Source: Saprolegnia diclina VS20
Lineage: Eukaryota
Length of the DNA stretch: 39,699 nucleotides
Direction: 5' to 3'
Assembly (NCBI RefSeq): GCF_000281045.1
Contig: NW_008246069.1
Span: 1,262,929-1,302,627 of the forward strand
Shown: positions 34,701 to 39,699 of the stretch, in pieces
Layout: every line of letters begins with the position of its first letter
How positions within the stretch are numbered: the first letter of the stretch is position 1
The notes under the pieces: generated by a model
The model's input: the letters and a program-made list of their open reading frames with translations, nothing else
Told to the model about the DNA's origin: nothing
The model's database searches: none
Position numbers and translations under genes: made by a program

Positions 34701-36952
34701 CACTGCGATGGCGACCGACTGCGTGCCTTCTTTAAAGAGCGCAAGCGCGTTGCTTCCGTCCATCGAGAGGTGGTAGAGCGCACAGAGACACGCCGCGCGG
34801 AGCTCGGGGCGCTTGATGCAACGATCGGCGAGGTTCATGAGCGCGACAATGACGCCTTGTTCGACGAGCTTGGCCTTCATGCTCCCGTCCATGGCCAAGC
34901 TCAAGAGCGCGAACGCACACGACTTTTGGATTTCAGGGTGGTCGTCTTCCGAGTAGGCGACGAGCGCCGGCACGACACCGTCGTCGACCATCTCCTTGTA
35001 CGTTTCCGGGTGCAGCATGAGGTTACAGAGCGCGACGACGCAGTCTTGCTTGACGAGCATGTCGGGCGCCGCCATGAGGCCAATCAGCGGCGCGACCGCG
35101 CCGTCCTGGACCATTTGAACGCGGCAGGCTTCATGGGACGCAAGGTTCGAGAGGCTCAAACTCACGTGGCGCGTCGTATCGTCGTGCTTGAGCTCCAGTA
35201 AGAGGAGGAGGCGCGGGACAAAGTTGGCGCCCACGACGCGGGCTTGGAGCTTGGGGTTGCAGCTAAAGTACGCCAAGGTCGTCGCACACTGCATGTGGAT
35301 ATCGACCATTACGAGCTCGTCGCCCGTCATGGAGGCGTTGCCAATGTAGTTTGGGTCCGACATCTTGGCCTTCTTGGCGTAAAAGCGGCGATAGTCAAAC
35401 GACGATGACGTCTCGGTCTCGGGCGTCGGTTTGCGGCAGAATTGTGGCAAGTTGAAGAGCTCGAGGAGCACCGCGAGCGCGCCGTTCTTGAGCATACTTT
35501 CTTGGTTGGCGCGCACGGCCGCGAGGTTGCAGAGGACGCACGAGGCGAGCTGACAGACAGCCACGCTGCGGTACGAGCAGAGGATCTTGAGGGCGAGGAT
35601 CGCACCGTCTTCGACGATATTTGCCCGCGTCGTCGCCATGATCGACATGTTCAAAAGCCCTCGGGCACACACCTACGTTCACGGGGAAGTTGCATGTCGC
35701 CAACTTGATGTCACGTCGAGGGTACCATGTTGGAGTCGGGGCGGTCGACTTTGACGAGCGAGATGAGCGCGCTCATGACCGTGTCGCTCGACGTGCTCCG
35801 CGGTACGACCGAGAGGTTGATGAGCGACTTCATCGCGAGTTCCTTGATCTCTTCGTTGGGCAACGACAGCATCTGCAGCAGCACCATGACGCTGCCTTCA
35901 TGTACGAGTCGAAAGTGGGCCTCTTCGTCGCCCGTAAAGCGAAACAGCGCATGCGCGCAGTAGAGCTTGGTCGTGCCATTGTTGGTGTGCGCCAGCTCCA
36001 GCACGGTCGAGATCGCGCCTTGCTCCACCATGAGTGCGCGCGCAGACTGGTGCGTCGTGAGGTTCTGGAGGGCGGCCGCGCAGTAGAGACGAATGTGCGT
36101 ATCGTCGATCGTCGGCGGGCTCTTGATGAGACCCGTGAGGATCGGGATGGCGTTTTCCGCTACACATGAGCTTCGATATGCGGTGCATGGACGTAGGAAC
36201 CGTCTACCTAGCATTTGAAGCTCGTTGTTGACGTAGCACGACACGTTGTAGAGGCCCTCGGCGCACTTGAGCTTCATATCCCGAGAAAAGTTGGCCGACA
36301 CGTCCTTCTCGTGCTCAATGTTGGCGACGAGCCCTTTTGCGAGGTGGTGCGCATGCTGCGTCGCGGCCGTCGACTTGGCCAAGCTCGAGTCGCTCGTCGA
36401 GTTGAGGAGCTTCTGACGCTGCTTGGACTTGTCCATGCGTGAGAGGTAGATAAGGCCCTACATGGATGGATGCATGGAGGAAGCGGAGGCATGGGACTGT
36501 ACCTCGTCGTAATGACCTCGCGTGTAGAAGAGGTCGCCCATCGACGGCGGTGCGCTCTCGGAGAGCATCTGGATCGAGTGCTCGTTCTCGTCCAGCGTCA
36601 GGTCGGCCGTCGACTGCTGGTACTCGTCGACCTCGTTGACCTTGCGGAACTTTTCTTGGGCGTCCTGGCGCCGCTTCTTGTTGGCAGCCTCGGTCTTGAT
36701 GTGCTGGAGGAGCGCGCGGACAAGGTCGTCCTTCTCTGGGTGGTCGCGCCAGAAGCCGCGTTGCCGATGGAGCTTCCAGTGCTTGACGAGCTCCTTGAGC
36801 TCCTCGATGCGGATCGGCGAGTTGCGCGGGTCCCGGTTCCGCGGGAAGAGGTTGTACTTGATGAGGTAGACGCGCAGCCCATCGATCTCCTGGTCCCGCC
36901 GGAGCGCGGCCAGCCGCTGCTCCATGTTCTGGGCGCACTTGGGCGCGATCAT
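31763..36952 (-). CDS. Large armadillo-repeat protein (Vac8-like repeats), multi-exon
   Basis: Long ORFs with many ARM units (CAAALQNLT..MVEQGAI, CVVALCNL..MVDDGVVPALV). Helical N-terminus begins MIAPKCAQNMEQRL. Confidence 0.85.
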
Positions 36953-37627
36953 CGCCGCCCCGGCTGAATATCTATCTTTGCAGCAGTTTCGACCTCGACC
37001 GGATATGTATCCGGATAATCTGTGAAAAACGGTGTGGAAAACACGTGTGTGTTTTGATCGAGGTGAGCCACTGTCAGTCCAATCGATGCAGATCTGGCAT
37101 ACTAGAACTGTCACGAGAGGTATGTATGGCGATGACGGTGTCGGGTCGTCGTAATACCTCCTGCTAAACCAACAAGCTCCAATGGGACGGTTGCGCGCAA
37201 GGCGAAGCGCCGCGTCAACTGATGTCCTTGAGTGGCTGGTGTTGTTCTCTCCTTGCAAAACGGGAATGCTCACGACCAATGCTTGTGTTCATGTACCGAG
37301 GTGCTGCTGTGCTCTCCACGCTTCTTGTCTCTGGTTGAACGTACTGCGAGAAGGGTCGACATGTGCAAAGTGGTTCGGAATCGTTCTCGTAGGCAAGGAG
37401 CCATGAGATAGCATTTCTCGACCCTTGTCGTAGGGCGACAGAGCATCGAGAACGTCATGGAAGAGAAGCGCCGCAATGACTAGTACCTTGAGACTCGACA
37501 GCGTCCCTTTCGCCTTGGCGATGGACGCCGAGGTGTGGAAAGGCGGTTGCTCGAAACGGTAGGTCATTTTACACGGTGGGAAATCCGTATCGCGGTGACC
37601 ACGTGGGTTTTGTGCAGATCATTGGCG

Positions 37628-38114
37628 ATGAGCAACACGAAGCGCAACAAGTCGGGGACCGTCGAGGACGACGACGACGTGGTCGTCTTCAACGCAGCCG
37701 CGTACTCGGTCGTGGCCTCCTGGATCAAGCCGACCAAGGACGACGACGAAGCGGACGCGCGCCTGCTCAACAAGAAGCCGCTGTACACGGGCGCGCCGTC
37801 GATGACGGTATGCATGCGTCCGCCGCCACATGCACATGCCCATGCGGCGTGCGCTCTTGTAGGACGAAGACAAGCTCTTGGCCTCCAAGATCCTCAAGAA
37901 GAAGCGCCCCGAACCTGTGGATGTCGCCAAGGTTGACGAGAACGACGAGAACGACGATGAGGACGAACTCCAGCGCGGCCGCGGTGCGCCGACCAAGAAG
38001 CAGCGCTTTGTGAGCCCGCAGGAGCAGCTATTGCAATCCCTTCGCGAGCAGCAGGAGAAGCGGCGGCTAAAGAACAAGAAGAAGCAGAAGAACAAGGCGA
38101 AGCACTCGACGTAA
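37628..38114 (+). CDS. Small Lys/Asp-rich hypothetical protein, 143 aa (intron 37808-37862), possibly nucleolar
   Basis: A phase-0 GT-AG intron joins two frames with coding-like codon usage. Acidic tract and KKK-rich C-terminus. Confidence 0.75.
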
Positions 38115-38560
38115 GATATGAACAAAGCACAGGTTGATAGAGAATGCACTCGACGACGCACAACGCATTGGCTCGCCCACGCATCGAACCTGCATAGGTA
38201 GCCTCCCACACGCCATCGATCCATGCCACGAGGACGCGTGCTTCAGCGTGCATGTACCGTCGGCGCCTGTCTGGAGCGGTCCGGCAACGCCAGATTGGCT
38301 TCTATGGACTTGCACCCTGTTTCCGGCGACGATGTGGAGGGCGTCCTTGCAATACCACAGTGCTAGCGCGCGTAGGCTGGCCTGCGGCATCGTAACACCA
38401 CGGCGTGTCGCCTCGGCCTTCGTCGACGAGATGCTGCCACGTGGCATGCCCGACAGGAGTCGCTTGCACGCACTGGACATCATAATACTTTATTGATTTC
38501 GCACGTGACGTGGCGTGGCCCACGTCGACACGTACCCCGATCCTTCCTTGTGGTGCTGGC

Positions 38561-38754
38561 TTACTCTTCGGCGTCCTTGACCGTGGACGTGATGTAGTGG
38601 AACGCGACAAGGCCGACCGTGATGAAGATGCCAAGCGCATTGACGAACTGCATGAGCGCAGCATCCATTTCTTCGCTAAGCAGATGGAGGAAGCATGAGG
38701 CGGTCATGGCCTGCAGGAACGACGACGACATGCATGGCGAACGTACTTGGTCAT
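38561..38754 (-). CDS. OST4: Oligosaccharyltransferase 4-kDa subunit (40 aa; intron 38676-38746)
   Basis: MTNEEMDAALMQFVNALGIFITVGLVAFHYITSTVKDAEE* fits the OST4 pattern D.xL..F.N.LG......[VL]..[FY]HY. Inr/FPR-like cccattttgagtttc upstream (38786-38772); AATAAA downstream (38494-38489). Confidence 0.88.
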
Positions 38755-38965
38755 TGCGGAAGCGGGAGCAAGAAACTCAAAATGGGAGGTACAAAGGACG
38801 TAACCGGATAATCCCGCTGCATCCGGATCGATCCACGTGTAATCGTGCGCTGCGGCTTTGGCTTTATCAACGCGTCTTAGCGAAAATGCATACAAATTCC
38901 TAGCTTTGGTCTAATCTGCGAGAAAGCGTCAAGCCTAAATTGGCGTGCAAATAGACATACAAAAC

Positions 38966-39699
38966 ATGCGGTGGGTGCTGGCCACACGCCTCCTTGGACG
39001 CACCTCACGCCGAATGGAGCTCTCGACGGTTGCTGCGGCGGGCTTTGCGCCATCGACGCCTCCCCACGCGTGGACCCCAGAGACGTTTGCGTCCTACTTG
39101 GCCAACGAGACACCCAAGTTTATCGCATTCGTTCACAACAGCTTGCTGGCGCTCCAAGCGTCCGGCATGCCACCTGCGCCTCCTCGACAAGATGCAGATC
39201 GAGCAAGCGTGTGAGTGGACTTTGGACCACGTCTGCTACCGCTGCGAAGAGGAGGCCGAGTACACGCACTTGGCGCGCACGGTCTTGCCCACCATGGGTA
39301 CGACAATCATAGCAACCGTGTGATGCGATGCCCATGGTAGCGACGCTGCTCGTCGAGTCGGAGGTCGGCGGCCGCCCCATCGCGACGTTCAAGCTCCACG
39401 CTGCGATTCCACTTGCAGGCGGCCGCAGTGTTGATGTGCTCGAGGTCCCGATGCCCAAGCGCGGGTCCTTCTACAAGCGCGGCCTCGAGCACGCCGAGAT
39501 CGTTGTGCCCTACGACCTCGTCCAGTTTATCAAAGCGCAAAAGAACGATGCGATCGTGTGGGATCTCAAAGGTATCCTCACCCGCTGCCTCTCTTCCTGC
39601 CGTAATGGACCATGGTGTAGGCATGGCAAAGGACTTCAACCGTGAGGCGCGAATCGCCCTCGGCGCCAACTATAGCGTCAAGTTCCACGAGCAGACGCT
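38966..39699 (+). CDS. yecM: YecM-like (VOC/glyoxalase-fold) metalloprotein, truncated by the window end
   Basis: Spliced motifs LDHVCYRC, LLVESEVGGRPIATFKL, VLEVPMPK, GLEHAEIVV and VKFHEQ parallel bacterial YecM (DHISLRC, NGRPICLFKL, ELPWP, WEHIEIV, IKFH). Introns at 39158-39197, 39298-39340 and 39572-39620. Confidence 0.85.

Noticed and set aside
38067..38496. Opposing 120-138 aa ORFs between the Lys-rich gene and OST4
   Set aside because: They lie in the convergent 3' region, lack homology cues and show no coding-like bias.

Overview
Eukaryotic, GC-rich, gene-dense window with many very short (about 40-55 nt) spliceosomal introns. Gene content (expansin-like membrane protein, CxxxGC..C..HGG zinc finger, Inr/FPR-type core promoters) points to an oomycete, probably Saprolegniales; this is an inference. 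Left to right it holds: a decayed patchwork region before a 100-N gap; a ClC-1/2-type chloride channel; a membrane-anchored expansin-like protein; NAXD; a kinesin with a Tudor-like tail; a TPR-RCC1-filamin protein; two hypothetical genes; two near-identical, head-to-head mitochondrial ATP synthase beta genes; an RNI-like LRR protein; a mini zinc-finger ORF; a nodulin-like MFS transporter; LRRC57; a large ARM-repeat protein; a Lys-rich small protein; a 40-aa OST4 missed by the ORF track; and a YecM-like gene running off the end. Three structures stand out. (1) The 1.53-kb ATP-beta inverted repeat is homogenised from ATG to stop, intron included, while its flanks are unrelated. (2) The left end is a chimera of a direct copy of 21.8-22.25 kb and an inverted, intron-containing decayed copy of the YecM-like gene 38 kb away. 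(3) A paired CCGGATA..TATCCGG element recurs about 35-50 bp upstream of several start codons. All exon boundaries were inferred by eye. No clearly novel multi-gene system could be established.
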